Origin: Clostridia bacterium
GTDB lineage: Bacteria; Bacillota; Clostridia; Saccharofermentanales; UBA5734
DNA: 64,000 nucleotides
Reading direction: 5' to 3'
Assembly: GCA_040772685.1 (NCBI GenBank)
Contig: JAXGXQ010000002.1
Span: forward strand, 48,798 to 112,797
In this document: piece by piece, positions 1-9,228 of the stretch
How the letters are laid out: every line of letters starts with the position of its first letter
Position numbering within the stretch: the first letter of the stretch is position 1
Notes under the pieces: model-generated
Told to the model about the DNA's origin: nothing
What the model saw: the letters and a program-made list of their open reading frames with translations, nothing else
The model's database searches: none
Program-made: the position numbers and the translations under genes

Positions 1-136
1 CAGTCAATGTCGTCGACAAAGGTGACGGTACATTGACAGCCACAACGACCTACCCGTCAGACACTATCTTTAACAACACCTACGCGCAACAGGCAGCGTC
101 ACACTTGCTGCCAGCAAACAGCTTAGCGGCCGGGCA

Positions 137-2326
137 TTGGCAGCCGGAGAATTCAGCTTCCAGCTGAAAGAAGGCGCCACAGTCCTGCAGACCAAGACAA
201 ACGCCGCAGACGGCAGCATAACCTTTGACGCTATTAACTATACGTTGGCGGACAAGGGGCTCCATACCTACACAATCACTGAACTGCCCAGCGCTCTAGG
301 CGGAATAACAATTGATCCGATGGTGCTGACAGTCACAGTGAATGTCGTTGACAACGGCGACGGCACCCTGACAGCCACCCCGACCTACCCGGCGGATGTC
401 ACCTTTAACAACACCTACGCGGCTTCAGGCAGCGTCTCACTCGCCGCCAGCAAACAGCTTAGCGGCCGGGCATTGGCAGCCGGAGAATTCAGCTTCCAGC
501 TGAAAGAAGGCGCCACAATCCTGCAAACCAAGACAAACGCCGCCGATGGCAGTATCACTTTTGACGCCATTAACTACAGTGTGGCGGATAAAGGCCTTCA
601 TACCTACACAATTACTGAAATGCCCAGCGCCCTGGGCGGTGTCACAATCGACCCGATGGTGCTGACAGTCACGGTCAATGTCGTCGACAATGGTGACGGC
701 ACTCTGACAGCAACTCCGACCTACCCGGCGGATGTCACATTTAACAACACCTACGCGGCAACAGGCAGTGTATCGCTCAGCGCCAGTAAACAGCTTAGCG
801 GCCGGGCATTGGCAGCCGGAGAATTCAGCTTCCAGTTGAAAGAAGGCGCCACGGTCCTGCAAACTAAGACAAATGCCGCAGATGGCAGCATAACCTCTTT
901 AATGCCATTAATCAGTGCAGATAAAGGCCTCCATACCTACACAATTACTGAAATGCCCAGCGCTTTGGGTGGAATCACAATCGACCCGATGGTGCTGACA
1001 GTAACAGTGAATGTCGTTGACAATGGTGACGGCACACTAACCGCTACACCGACCTATCCGGCGGATGTCACATTTAACAACACCTACGCGGCTACAGGCA
1101 GCGTTACGCTTGCTGCCAGCAAACAGCTTAGCGGCCGGGCATTGGCAGCCGGAGAATTCAGCTTCCAGCTGAAAGAAGGCGCCACAGTCCTGCAGACCAA
1201 AACCAACGCCGCAGACGGCAGCATAACCTTCGACGCCATTAACTACAGTGTGGCCGACAAAGGCCTTCATACCCACACAATTACAGAAATGTCCAGCGCT
1301 TTGGGTGGAATCACAATCGACCTGATGGTGCTGACAGTAACAGTAAGTGTCGTTGATAATGGCGACGGTACACTAACCGCTACACCGACCTATCCGGCGG
1401 ATGTCACATTTAACAACACCTACGCGGCTTCAGGCAGCGTCTCACTCGCCGCCAGCAAACAGCTTAGCGGCCGGGCATTGGCAGCCGGAGAATTCAGCTT
1501 CCAGTTGAAGGAAGGCGCCACAGTCCTGCAGACCAAAACCAATGCCGCAGATGGCAGCATAACCTTTGACGCCATTAACTTCAGTGTGGCAGACAAAGGC
1601 CTGCATACCTACACAATTACTGAAATGCCCAGCGCCCTGGGCGGTGTCACAATCGACCCGATGGTGCTGACAGTCACGGTCGATGTCGTTGACAATGGTG
1701 ACGGCACACTAACCGCCACTCCGACCTATCCGGCGGATGTCACATTTAACAACACCTACGCGGCAACAGGCAGTGTATCGCTCAGCGCCAGCAAACAGCT
1801 TAGCGGCCGGGCTCTGGCAGCAGGCGAATTCAGCTTCCAGCTGAAGGAAGGCGCTACGCTGATTGAAACCAAATCGAACGCCGCCGATGGCAGCATAGAC
1901 TTCGCCGCCATTAATTACACCTTGGCGGACAAGGGGCTACATACCTATACAATTACTGAAAACGCCAGCGTACTTGGCGGCATTACAATCGACCCGATGG
2001 TGCTGACAGTCACGGTTAATGTCGTTGACAATGGCGACGGCACGTTGACAGCAACACCGACTTACCCCGCGGATGTCACATTCAACAATACCTATGAAGC
2101 ATCAGGCAGCGTTTCGCCCGCAGCCGCCAAAGGAATTGACGGACGTGACCTGGCAGTAGGCGAATTCAGCTTCCAGCTGAAGGAAGGCGCCACAGTCCTG
2201 CAAACCAAGACAAATGCCGCCGACGGCAGCATCACCTTGACGCCATTAACTACAGTGTGGGCAGACAAAGTGCCCGTATACCTATACAATTACTGGGTGG
2301 AATCACAATTGACCCGATGGTGCTGA
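137..2326 (+). CDS. Internal fragment of a giant surface protein with tandem Spy0128/FctA-like pilin-repeat domains; true start lies upstream of the window and the 3' end is broken by frameshifts
   Basis: 112-aa repeats with ASKQLSGR..GEFSFQL..TNAADGSITF..Y....GLHTYTITE..VTVNVVDNGDGTL..FNNTY. The same repeat continues to base 1 in another frame (one base missing near 86). Confidence 0.8.
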   Translation: MAAGEFSFQLKEGATVLQTKTNAADGSITFDAINYTLADKGLHTYTITELPSALGGITIDPMVLTVTVNVVDNGDGTLTATPTYPADVTFNNTYAASGSVSLAASKQLSGRALAAGEFSFQLKEGATILQTKTNAADGSITFDAINYSVADKGLHTYTITEMPSALGGVTIDPMVLTVTVNVVDNGDGTLTATPTYPADVTFNNTYAATGSVSLSASKQLSGRALAAGEFSFQLKEGATVLQTKTNAADGSITSLMPLISADKGLHTYTITEMPSALGGITIDPMVLTVTVNVVDNGDGTLTATPTYPADVTFNNTYAATGSVTLAASKQLSGRALAAGEFSFQLKEGATVLQTKTNAADGSITFDAINYSVADKGLHTHTITEMSSALGGITIDLMVLTVTVSVVDNGDGTLTATPTYPADVTFNNTYAASGSVSLAASKQLSGRALAAGEFSFQLKEGATVLQTKTNAADGSITFDAINFSVADKGLHTYTITEMPSALGGVTIDPMVLTVTVDVVDNGDGTLTATPTYPADVTFNNTYAATGSVSLSASKQLSGRALAAGEFSFQLKEGATLIETKSNAADGSIDFAAINYTLADKGLHTYTITENASVLGGITIDPMVLTVTVNVVDNGDGTLTATPTYPADVTFNNTYEASGSVSPAAAKGIDGRDLAVGEFSFQLKEGATVLQTKTNAADGSITLTPLTTVWADKVPVYLYNYWVESQLTRWC

Positions 2327-2720
2327 CAGTCACAGTAAATGTCGTTGACAATGGCGACGGCACATTAACAGCCACACCGACCTACCCGGTGATGTCACAT
2401 TTAACAACACCTACGCGGCAACAGGCAGCGTTTCGCCTGCAGCCGCCAGTCAGCTTAGCGAGGTCAGCATTGGTGAAGCGGAGAATCTGGCTTCCAGCTG
2501 GAATTTAAAGGCGCTACAGTCCTAAAACAAAGACTATCGCAGCCGACGGCAGCATCACTGACGCCATTAACTACAGTGTGGCAGGCAAAGGAATGCATAC
2601 CTATACAATTACTGGAAATGCCCAGCTCCCTGGGCGGTATAACAATCGACCCGATGGTGCTGACAGTTACAGTCGATGTCGTTGACAATGGTGACGGCAC
2701 ACTAACCGCCACTACCGACC
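2235..2720 (+). pseudogene. Indel-riddled repeat units interrupting the surface-protein frame (real decay or sequence error)
   Basis: Repeat peptides appear alternately in different frames (e.g. LLGGITIDPMVL in ORF 2257..2508), with many small indels relative to neighbouring units. Confidence 0.55.
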
Positions 2721-2915
2721 TACCCGGCGGATGTCACATTCAATAACATTTACGCGGCAACAGGCAGTGTATCGCTCAGCGCCAGCAAACAGCTTAGCGG
2801 CCGGGCTCTGGCAGCAGGCGAATTCAGCTTCCAGCTGAAGGAAGGCGCTACGCTGATTGAAACCAAATCGAACGCCGCCGATGGCAGCATAGACTTCGCC
2901 GCCATTAATTACACC

Positions 2916-4754
2916 TTGGCGGACAAGGGGCTACATACCTATACAATTACTGAAAACGCCAGCGTACTTGGCGGCATTACAATCGACCCGATGGTGCTGA
3001 CAGTCACGGTTAATGTCGTTGACAATGGCGACGGCACACTAACCGCTACACCAACCTACCCGACCGATGTCACATTCAACAATACCTATGAGGCATCAGG
3101 CAGCGTTTCACTCGCAGCCGCCAAAGGAATTGACGGACGCGATCTGGCAGCCGATGAATTCAGCTTCCAGTTGAAGGAAGGCGCCACAGTCCTGCAAACC
3201 AAGACAAATGCCGCCGACGGCAGCATTACCTTCGACGCCATTAATTACAGTGTGGCAGACAAAGGTCTGCATACCTACACAATTACTGAACTGCCAGGCA
3301 GCCTGGGCGGAGTCACCTTTGACCCGATGGTACTTACTGTCACGGTCGATGTCGTTGACAATGGCGACGGCACGTTGACCGCTACCCCGACTTACCCCGC
3401 AGATGTCACATTCAATAACATTTACAATGCCGATGGCAGTATTGCGCTGGCCGCCAGCAAGATCCTTACCGGCCGCACTCTGGCAGCAGGTGAGTTCAGC
3501 TTCCAGCTGAAGGAAGGCGACACAGTTCTGCAGACCAAGACAAACGCCGCCGATGGCAGCGTCATGTTTGACGCTATCCCCTACACTGTGATGGACAAAG
3601 GGCTCCATACCTACACCATCACTGAAGTAGTTGGTACTGAGGCCAACATGCACTACGACCCGCTGGTGCTGACTGTGACGGTCAATGTTGTCGACAACGG
3701 CGACGGCACTCTGACAGCAACAGCAACCTACCCCGAGAACGTAGTGTTCCAAAATGAATACCTGACACCAGGTGTTGAGATCGACAAAACGGTTGCCAAT
3801 CTGACAGCCGGCGATCCGCACAGCGATTTTGCTGAACTGGAAGACGGCGAAACAGCTGAATACAAGCTCGTCGTTACCAATACCGGCAATACCGCTCTCA
3901 ACGATGTCATGGTTGAAGATGACATGGTGGCTTTCGGCACAGAAGCCGCTCTCTCCAGCGGCGGCACAGCAACCTTCACCGACCTGGGCTCGGGCGTTCC
4001 GGCGATTAATCTCGGTACCCTGCTGCCTGGTGAGTCAGTAACCATTACCTACACCTACGTGACTGAATTCGCGGATATCGCGATGTCGCCGATCACGAAT
4101 ACAGCTACTGTAACAGGCGCGATGGCTGAATCCAGGTTCTTCCCGGACGGCCGGACCGTAAGTGACGACGATGACGCAGCTATCAATGTTTCCGAGATCC
4201 CGTTGGCCTTCACCGACATTGAGATAACCAAGCAGGTGAAGAACGTAACAGCAGGCGGCCTCTACGCAGATATGGCCACAGGCTTTGCAGGTGACATCTT
4301 CAGTTACAGAATTACTGTAACCAACGTTGGCGCCACAGTCCTGTCCGACATCGTAATTGACGACAGCAGGGCTCCGGTCGGCGGTCTGGTGATCCGTGAC
4401 AGTGACGGTGCCGAACTGCACTGGACCAATATTGACGGTAAAGCGTCCTTGACACTGGCTGAACTCCAGCCGGATGAAAGTGAGACCTTCACTTATCAAT
4501 ACAAGGCACTGACCGCTGATGAAGGTGAAATTATTGAAAACGTTGCAGTAGTGGAAGCTGTCTTCAAGCCGGCACGCGAAGGCTATGAAGATGTAACACT
4601 TCTAAAGGATGCAATCGCTGTAATCAATGTAGCAAAAGCACCGCCGAAAACCGGTGAATCCGGAGCAGGGAATACACTGGCTGGGTTGGGGCTGATACTT
4701 TCCGGTGTTGTGATTCTGATCCTGCGCCGCCGTTACGGCCGCCAATTCAGCTGA
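2916..4754 (+). CDS. C-terminal part of the sortase-anchored surface protein: last Spy0128-like repeats, two DUF11-like Ig domains, PPKTG sorting signal
   Basis: VEIDKTV..YKLVVTNTGN and IEITKQV..YRITVTNVG domains, then APPKTGE, a hydrophobic helix and an RRR tail. The frame is open upstream of 2916. Confidence 0.85.
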   Translation: MADKGLHTYTITENASVLGGITIDPMVLTVTVNVVDNGDGTLTATPTYPTDVTFNNTYEASGSVSLAAAKGIDGRDLAADEFSFQLKEGATVLQTKTNAADGSITFDAINYSVADKGLHTYTITELPGSLGGVTFDPMVLTVTVDVVDNGDGTLTATPTYPADVTFNNIYNADGSIALAASKILTGRTLAAGEFSFQLKEGDTVLQTKTNAADGSVMFDAIPYTVMDKGLHTYTITEVVGTEANMHYDPLVLTVTVNVVDNGDGTLTATATYPENVVFQNEYLTPGVEIDKTVANLTAGDPHSDFAELEDGETAEYKLVVTNTGNTALNDVMVEDDMVAFGTEAALSSGGTATFTDLGSGVPAINLGTLLPGESVTITYTYVTEFADIAMSPITNTATVTGAMAESRFFPDGRTVSDDDDAAINVSEIPLAFTDIEITKQVKNVTAGGLYADMATGFAGDIFSYRITVTNVGATVLSDIVIDDSRAPVGGLVIRDSDGAELHWTNIDGKASLTLAELQPDESETFTYQYKALTADEGEIIENVAVVEAVFKPAREGYEDVTLLKDAIAVINVAKAPPKTGESGAGNTLAGLGLILSGVVILILRRRYGRQFS

Positions 4755-4856
4755 AGCGGCAGGCCATAAACTGCCTTTTAACACAGCAGGCAAGCGCGCA
4801 ATAACCTATGAACCGGCCATCAAAAAACAGCGTTAAACAGCATCCTTGAATGATTA

Positions 4857-4894
4857 CAGGCGGTTGATCGTAATGATCAGCCGCCTGAACTTTT
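4857..4894 (+). terminator. Intrinsic terminator
   Basis: caggcggttgatc / gatcagccgcctg stem followed by aactttt. Confidence 0.65.
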
Positions 4895-4936
4895 CGGACA
4901 AGCCAGCAACGTCAGGTGTTTTCGCCAAAACGCGAA

Positions 4937-4966
4937 TTGGAAAATGGCTCTGAATTGTGATAAAAT
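4937..4966 (+). promoter_or_regulatory. Putative sigma-A promoter of carD
   Basis: TTGGAA, 18 nt, TAAAAT with an extended -10 TG. Confidence 0.5.
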
Positions 4967-5114
4967 GACATATGAAGCGCAACAAATTCAGTAACGATAG
5001 TTCAGTTATGGTTGGCGCTGCCTTTTACTGAACTCTACGATGATTCGCGGAACCAAGTTGTATGAAATGTTATGGCACCTTGACGGGAATAGTTTCGCTT
5101 GAGGAGGATATCGC

Positions 5115-5624
5115 GTGTTTAAAATAAATGACTATGTTGTTTTTGGCTCGACTGGCGTTTGCCAGATTACGGATATAATTGATGAAAGTTTTGGCGGACC
5201 AACCGAAAAGAAGTATTATGTGCTGACTCCGCTGCACGGTAACAGTTCTACTATTTATGTCCCGGTTGATAACGATAAAGTAGTTTTGCGCAAAATTTTG
5301 AAACGCTCTGATATTGATGAACTAATCTCGATTATGCCGGATCTGGATAACGAATGGATTAATGAGGATTCTCCCCGTAAGGCCCTATTCAATGAAATTC
5401 TTCAATCAGGTGACCTGGAACGGGTCATACACATGATCAAGATAATCTACCGCCGCCGACAAGAAGTTGAAGAAATAGGCAAAAAGCTTTCGAATGCTGA
5501 TACTGAATCACTGAAAGCTGCTGAGAAACTTCTCCATAATGAGTTCGCATTGGTTCTTGACATTGAACCTGACGAAGTTGGACCGTTTATTCGCGGCGAA
5601 ATTCAAGTTAAGCAGAAGGCCTGA
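5115..5624 (+). CDS. carD: CarD family transcriptional regulator
   Basis: MFKINDYVVFGSTGVCQI..YYVL.P..IYVPV..LR..AEKLL..EFALVL; SD gaggagg; GTG start. Confidence 0.85.
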   Translation: MFKINDYVVFGSTGVCQITDIIDESFGGPTEKKYYVLTPLHGNSSTIYVPVDNDKVVLRKILKRSDIDELISIMPDLDNEWINEDSPRKALFNEILQSGDLERVIHMIKIIYRRRQEVEEIGKKLSNADTESLKAAEKLLHNEFALVLDIEPDEVGPFIRGEIQVKQKA

Positions 5625-5651
5625 GTTTAGTTCTAATATATTAGTTCAAAC

Positions 5652-5695
5652 GCCCCAAATGCAAAAACCTGTAGCATTTGGGGCTTGCTTTATTT
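5652..5695 (+). terminator. Intrinsic terminator
   Basis: Perfect 11-bp stem gccccaaatgc / gcatttggggc followed by a T-rich run. Confidence 0.7.
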
Positions 5696-5824
5696 GCCAG
5701 TTGTTTTTTCAGAATAAATTAAATTGTGAATATTAATAAGTCGTTCACGCTTTTGCTTTTTCCTTTTAATGGCTGTGTCATCTGATTTTTGTATGCTGTT
5801 CTGAAGTGGAAAGGTGTGAGCAGC

Positions 5825-8233
5825 GTGTACAAACATGATCAACTACCGGGAAAAAACAAACCACACTATATGAGGCCAAACGAAAACCGCCGCAAGTCAC
5901 TATTCAAGCGGGTTCGGGGCAAACCGTCCAATGCGGCAAGTCGCGATACATTAGCGTATATGTTGGGGCTGATTTTATCGCGTGCTTTGCAAATCGTCCT
6001 GGTGGTTTTACTCATGGTTGGATTTCTTGCCTTCGGTATTGGCAGTGGCATGCTGATTGGCTACATAACCACAACCCAGCCGGTAACTGCAAGCCAGCTC
6101 AACACCTACAGCCAGACAACTCGAATTCTTGATTCTGCTGGCTCCGAGATCGCAATTCTTACCGGTGCTGAAAATATTAATCGACAATTCATCCCTTTCG
6201 GTCAGGTAAAGCATACGTATATTGATGAAGCTTTTATGGCTATTGAAGACGAACGTTATGAGGAGCATGTCGGAATTGATCCAAAACGTATCTTCAGCGC
6301 AGTCTTAAGCGCGTTAAGCAACAACGGTAATGCTACCCACGGCGGTTCAACCATAACCCAGCAGACAGTTAAGCTGGTTTCCGGTGCTCAGGACAGGTCT
6401 ATTCAGCGCAAGGTGCAGGAATGGTACAATTCCATCCGTATGGAACAGCAAAAAAGCAAAGACGAGATCATGGAGCTGTATCTCAACCTGGTTCCAATGG
6501 GCAACAGTTATGTGGGTGTGCAATCTGCTGCCAAGGGTTATTTTAATAAGGATGCTGCCGAACTTGATCTGGTTGAAAGTGCGTTTCTGGCGGGTATACC
6601 CAACCGACCCTCCAGCTATAATCCACGGACAGAATCCGGCAGACGCAATGCATTACGCCGGATGCGGATTGTTCTTGGTAAAATGCATGATCTGGGCATG
6701 ATCGAAACAGCCCAATATGAAGAAGCACTTGATACTGAACCTCAGTTCCGCAGCGAAGATGAACTGATTACAGCCAACCAGGTCAATTCCTACTTTGCTG
6801 ACTATGTTATTGGCCAGGTTATCGAAGATCTTATAACTTATCGCGGGTACAGTCGTACCCTGGCCGAAATAACTGTCTATAACCAGGGTCTGCAAATTGA
6901 AACTACCATGGATGCCAAAGTGCAGGCTGATATGGAAGCTGTTTTCCGCGACGAAAGTTTCTTTGTCAAACGTCCGGAGTCAATCGCCAACCTGCCTGCC
7001 AAGCCTCAGGGCAGTATGGTAGTTGTCGAGAATCATCCCAATCCCGGCCAGATTAAGGGAATGGTGGGCGGATTTGGCGAAAAAACCGGTAACTTTGTAC
7101 TCAATCGTGCCGTTAGTGCTCGCCGTCAACCTGGTTCAAGCATTAAACCCTTGGCCATTTACGGTCCTGGCATTGATACAGGCCTTATCTCGGCTGCTTC
7201 CACCTTCGTAGACAAAGCTTATTATCTGGATGATAAAAACCCAACCAAAGTATGGCCCCGTAACTCAGGCTCGAGCTATCGCGGCAAACTGACAGTCCGG
7301 GAAGCGGTTAAGTATTCTATCAATACAATAGCCGTGCTTCTTTATACCGAATTAATTGGACCGGATATAATGCTTCCTTATCTGGAACAGCTGGGAATGC
7401 CACGTCCAACCGAGCGTTATCCATCCACGGCACTGGGCAGTTTCAACCAGGGTATGACCACGTTGGAAATGGCTGGGGCTTATGCTGTATGGGCTAATCA
7501 TGGCTTATATACTAAACCATATGCATACACCCGGGTGTTGAGCGCGAATGGGGAAGTACTGTTGGAAAACAAGCCGGAATTCAAACAGGTATTCAAACCA
7601 GAGACAGCGTTTATCATGACCGACATTATGCAGGGCGTCATGACTCCCGGCGGTACTGCCAATCGCAATGCTGTCCCGAATATGCCTACTGGTGGCAAAA
7701 CCGGGACCACCGATGACAATGCCGATAAATGGCTGATTGGTTTTACACCTTACTATTCAGCAGCTGTCTGGTACGGCTACGATAACAGGTTGGGCAAAAC
7801 GGAGATTCCCTCTCCGGACCGCAATAATGCTCGCGGCATCTGGACCGAAGTCATGACCAGGATCCATGAAGGATTACCGCATCGCGATTTTGAGAGGCCG
7901 GCAACTGTTGAAGAACATACAATTTGTCCTGCAAGTGGGTTGCTGGCTACAAGCAGATGTCCGAACCCCCGCAAAGAATACTTTGTGCCTGGCGCAGCAG
8001 CAAATCCTGACAGATACTGTAATGTCCATGGTGCCAGCTCAGCAACCGGGCAAACCAATCCCAGAACAACGACCGGAAATACTACTGCTCCAAGAGGAAA
8101 TTCTCCAACAACAAGGGATACTGCTTCTGCTACTAAAGAGCCGGCTCCAACAACCAAGTCGCCTACTACAGCTGCTACTAAAGACACTAAACCCGAACCG
8201 TCCAAAAAGGCTGCCTCAACTACTGATGGCTGA
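5825..8233 (+). CDS. Class A penicillin-binding protein (PBP1A family, transglycosylase-transpeptidase) with Thr/Pro-rich tail
   Basis: IEDERY..H.GID, GGSTITQQ and RKVQE glycosyltransferase motifs; SSIK, SIN and KTG transpeptidase motifs; N-terminal TM. GTG 5825 chosen from the SD. Confidence 0.93.
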   Translation: MYKHDQLPGKNKPHYMRPNENRRKSLFKRVRGKPSNAASRDTLAYMLGLILSRALQIVLVVLLMVGFLAFGIGSGMLIGYITTTQPVTASQLNTYSQTTRILDSAGSEIAILTGAENINRQFIPFGQVKHTYIDEAFMAIEDERYEEHVGIDPKRIFSAVLSALSNNGNATHGGSTITQQTVKLVSGAQDRSIQRKVQEWYNSIRMEQQKSKDEIMELYLNLVPMGNSYVGVQSAAKGYFNKDAAELDLVESAFLAGIPNRPSSYNPRTESGRRNALRRMRIVLGKMHDLGMIETAQYEEALDTEPQFRSEDELITANQVNSYFADYVIGQVIEDLITYRGYSRTLAEITVYNQGLQIETTMDAKVQADMEAVFRDESFFVKRPESIANLPAKPQGSMVVVENHPNPGQIKGMVGGFGEKTGNFVLNRAVSARRQPGSSIKPLAIYGPGIDTGLISAASTFVDKAYYLDDKNPTKVWPRNSGSSYRGKLTVREAVKYSINTIAVLLYTELIGPDIMLPYLEQLGMPRPTERYPSTALGSFNQGMTTLEMAGAYAVWANHGLYTKPYAYTRVLSANGEVLLENKPEFKQVFKPETAFIMTDIMQGVMTPGGTANRNAVPNMPTGGKTGTTDDNADKWLIGFTPYYSAAVWYGYDNRLGKTEIPSPDRNNARGIWTEVMTRIHEGLPHRDFERPATVEEHTICPASGLLATSRCPNPRKEYFVPGAAANPDRYCNVHGASSATGQTNPRTTTGNTTAPRGNSPTTRDTASATKEPAPTTKSPTTAATKDTKPEPSKKAASTTDG

Positions 8234-8301
8234 ACTGCTGGCGCGAGCGCAGATACACCGGCAAGACTCCCGAATAAAAATTTAAGGCGCAATCTTTCTA
8301 T

Positions 8302-8350
8302 TTGACTGGCTTGAATGTTGTAGTATACTGAAAGGAGACGTCAGACGTCT
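8302..8350 (+). promoter_or_regulatory. Sigma-A promoter with downstream palindromic GntR/FadR-type operator
   Basis: TTGACT (8302), 16 nt, TATACT (8324), then perfect palindrome AGACGTC-A-GACGTCT at 8336-8350. Confidence 0.7.
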
Positions 8351-8457
8351 TATGTCATTTTGCCCAAAAGAAAATTTACTGCTTGACTGGGGCTCCAGTG
8401 GAGCAGATTCTTTGAGATTAATTCAGGCGGCAGACGCTGCTAAAATAGGGGTTGCGG

Positions 8458-9165
8458 ATGTTAAGCTCTCTGGAAAACTCCAGAAAAACATTGTCAGAAC
8501 GCGCTGCCAGCCAGATCGTCAAATATATTCTCGATAACGAGCTGGAGCCCGGTAGCCGCCTGCCTAATGAACTGCAGCTTTCTGAGGCGCTTCAGGTAGG
8601 ACGCAGTACAGTCCGTGAGGCAATTCGAATTCTGGTTTCCCAGAATATTGTTGAGATAATACGCGGCCGTGGCACGGTTGTGGCGAATAAACCCGGTGTG
8701 GCTGATGACCCGTTAGGTTTTCAGTTTGTTAAGGATAAAGAAAAACTTGTGTTCGATCTGCTGGAAACAAGACTGATAATTGAACCCAAGATTGCCGCTT
8801 TGGCGGCGACGCGCGCGACTGAGGACGATATTGTCCGGATGAACGCTCTGGCTAACGATATTGAGCGTCTGATGCGCCAAAAACGTCCGCATGAAGCTAA
8901 AGATGTTGAATTGCATGCTTACATAGCTGAATGCACGGAAAATGAAGTTATAACTTCTTTGATCCCGATTATCAACAAATCAATTTATATTTTTACAGAA
9001 TTTACCGATAAACGGATTCTAAAGGAATCTATTGATACTCACCGTCAGATAGTAAGCTCTATCGCGGCGCGCGACAGCGCTGCAGCTGAAGCCGCCATGA
9101 CCCGCCATATTCAACACAATAAGCAGCTGATTGAACGCAAGCTGCTGGCTAACCACAAATTATAA
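8458..9165 (+). CDS. GntR/FadR family transcriptional regulator
   Basis: wHTH LPNE..L...LQVGRSTVREA..GRGT followed by an FCD domain. Confidence 0.92.
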   Translation: MLSSLENSRKTLSERAASQIVKYILDNELEPGSRLPNELQLSEALQVGRSTVREAIRILVSQNIVEIIRGRGTVVANKPGVADDPLGFQFVKDKEKLVFDLLETRLIIEPKIAALAATRATEDDIVRMNALANDIERLMRQKRPHEAKDVELHAYIAECTENEVITSLIPIINKSIYIFTEFTDKRILKESIDTHRQIVSSIAARDSAAAEAAMTRHIQHNKQLIERKLLANHKL

Positions 9166-9228
9166 AGTGTAAAATAGTAAAAAGTACAGAAATAGACCAA
9201 CGCTACGAAAATAATAGGAGGTTCGATC

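Larger units (their letters stand above)
1..3760 (+). repeat. Tandem array of about 336-bp coding repeats (11 units plus a partial one)
   Basis: Equivalent positions at about 112, 448, 784, 1117, 1453, 1789, 2125, 2447, 2783, 3119 and 3455. Confidence 0.95.

Noticed and set aside
1-3760. Repeat array as CRISPR or mobile element
   Set aside because: Units are 336-bp in-frame coding repeats with no unique spacers, cas genes or transposase.
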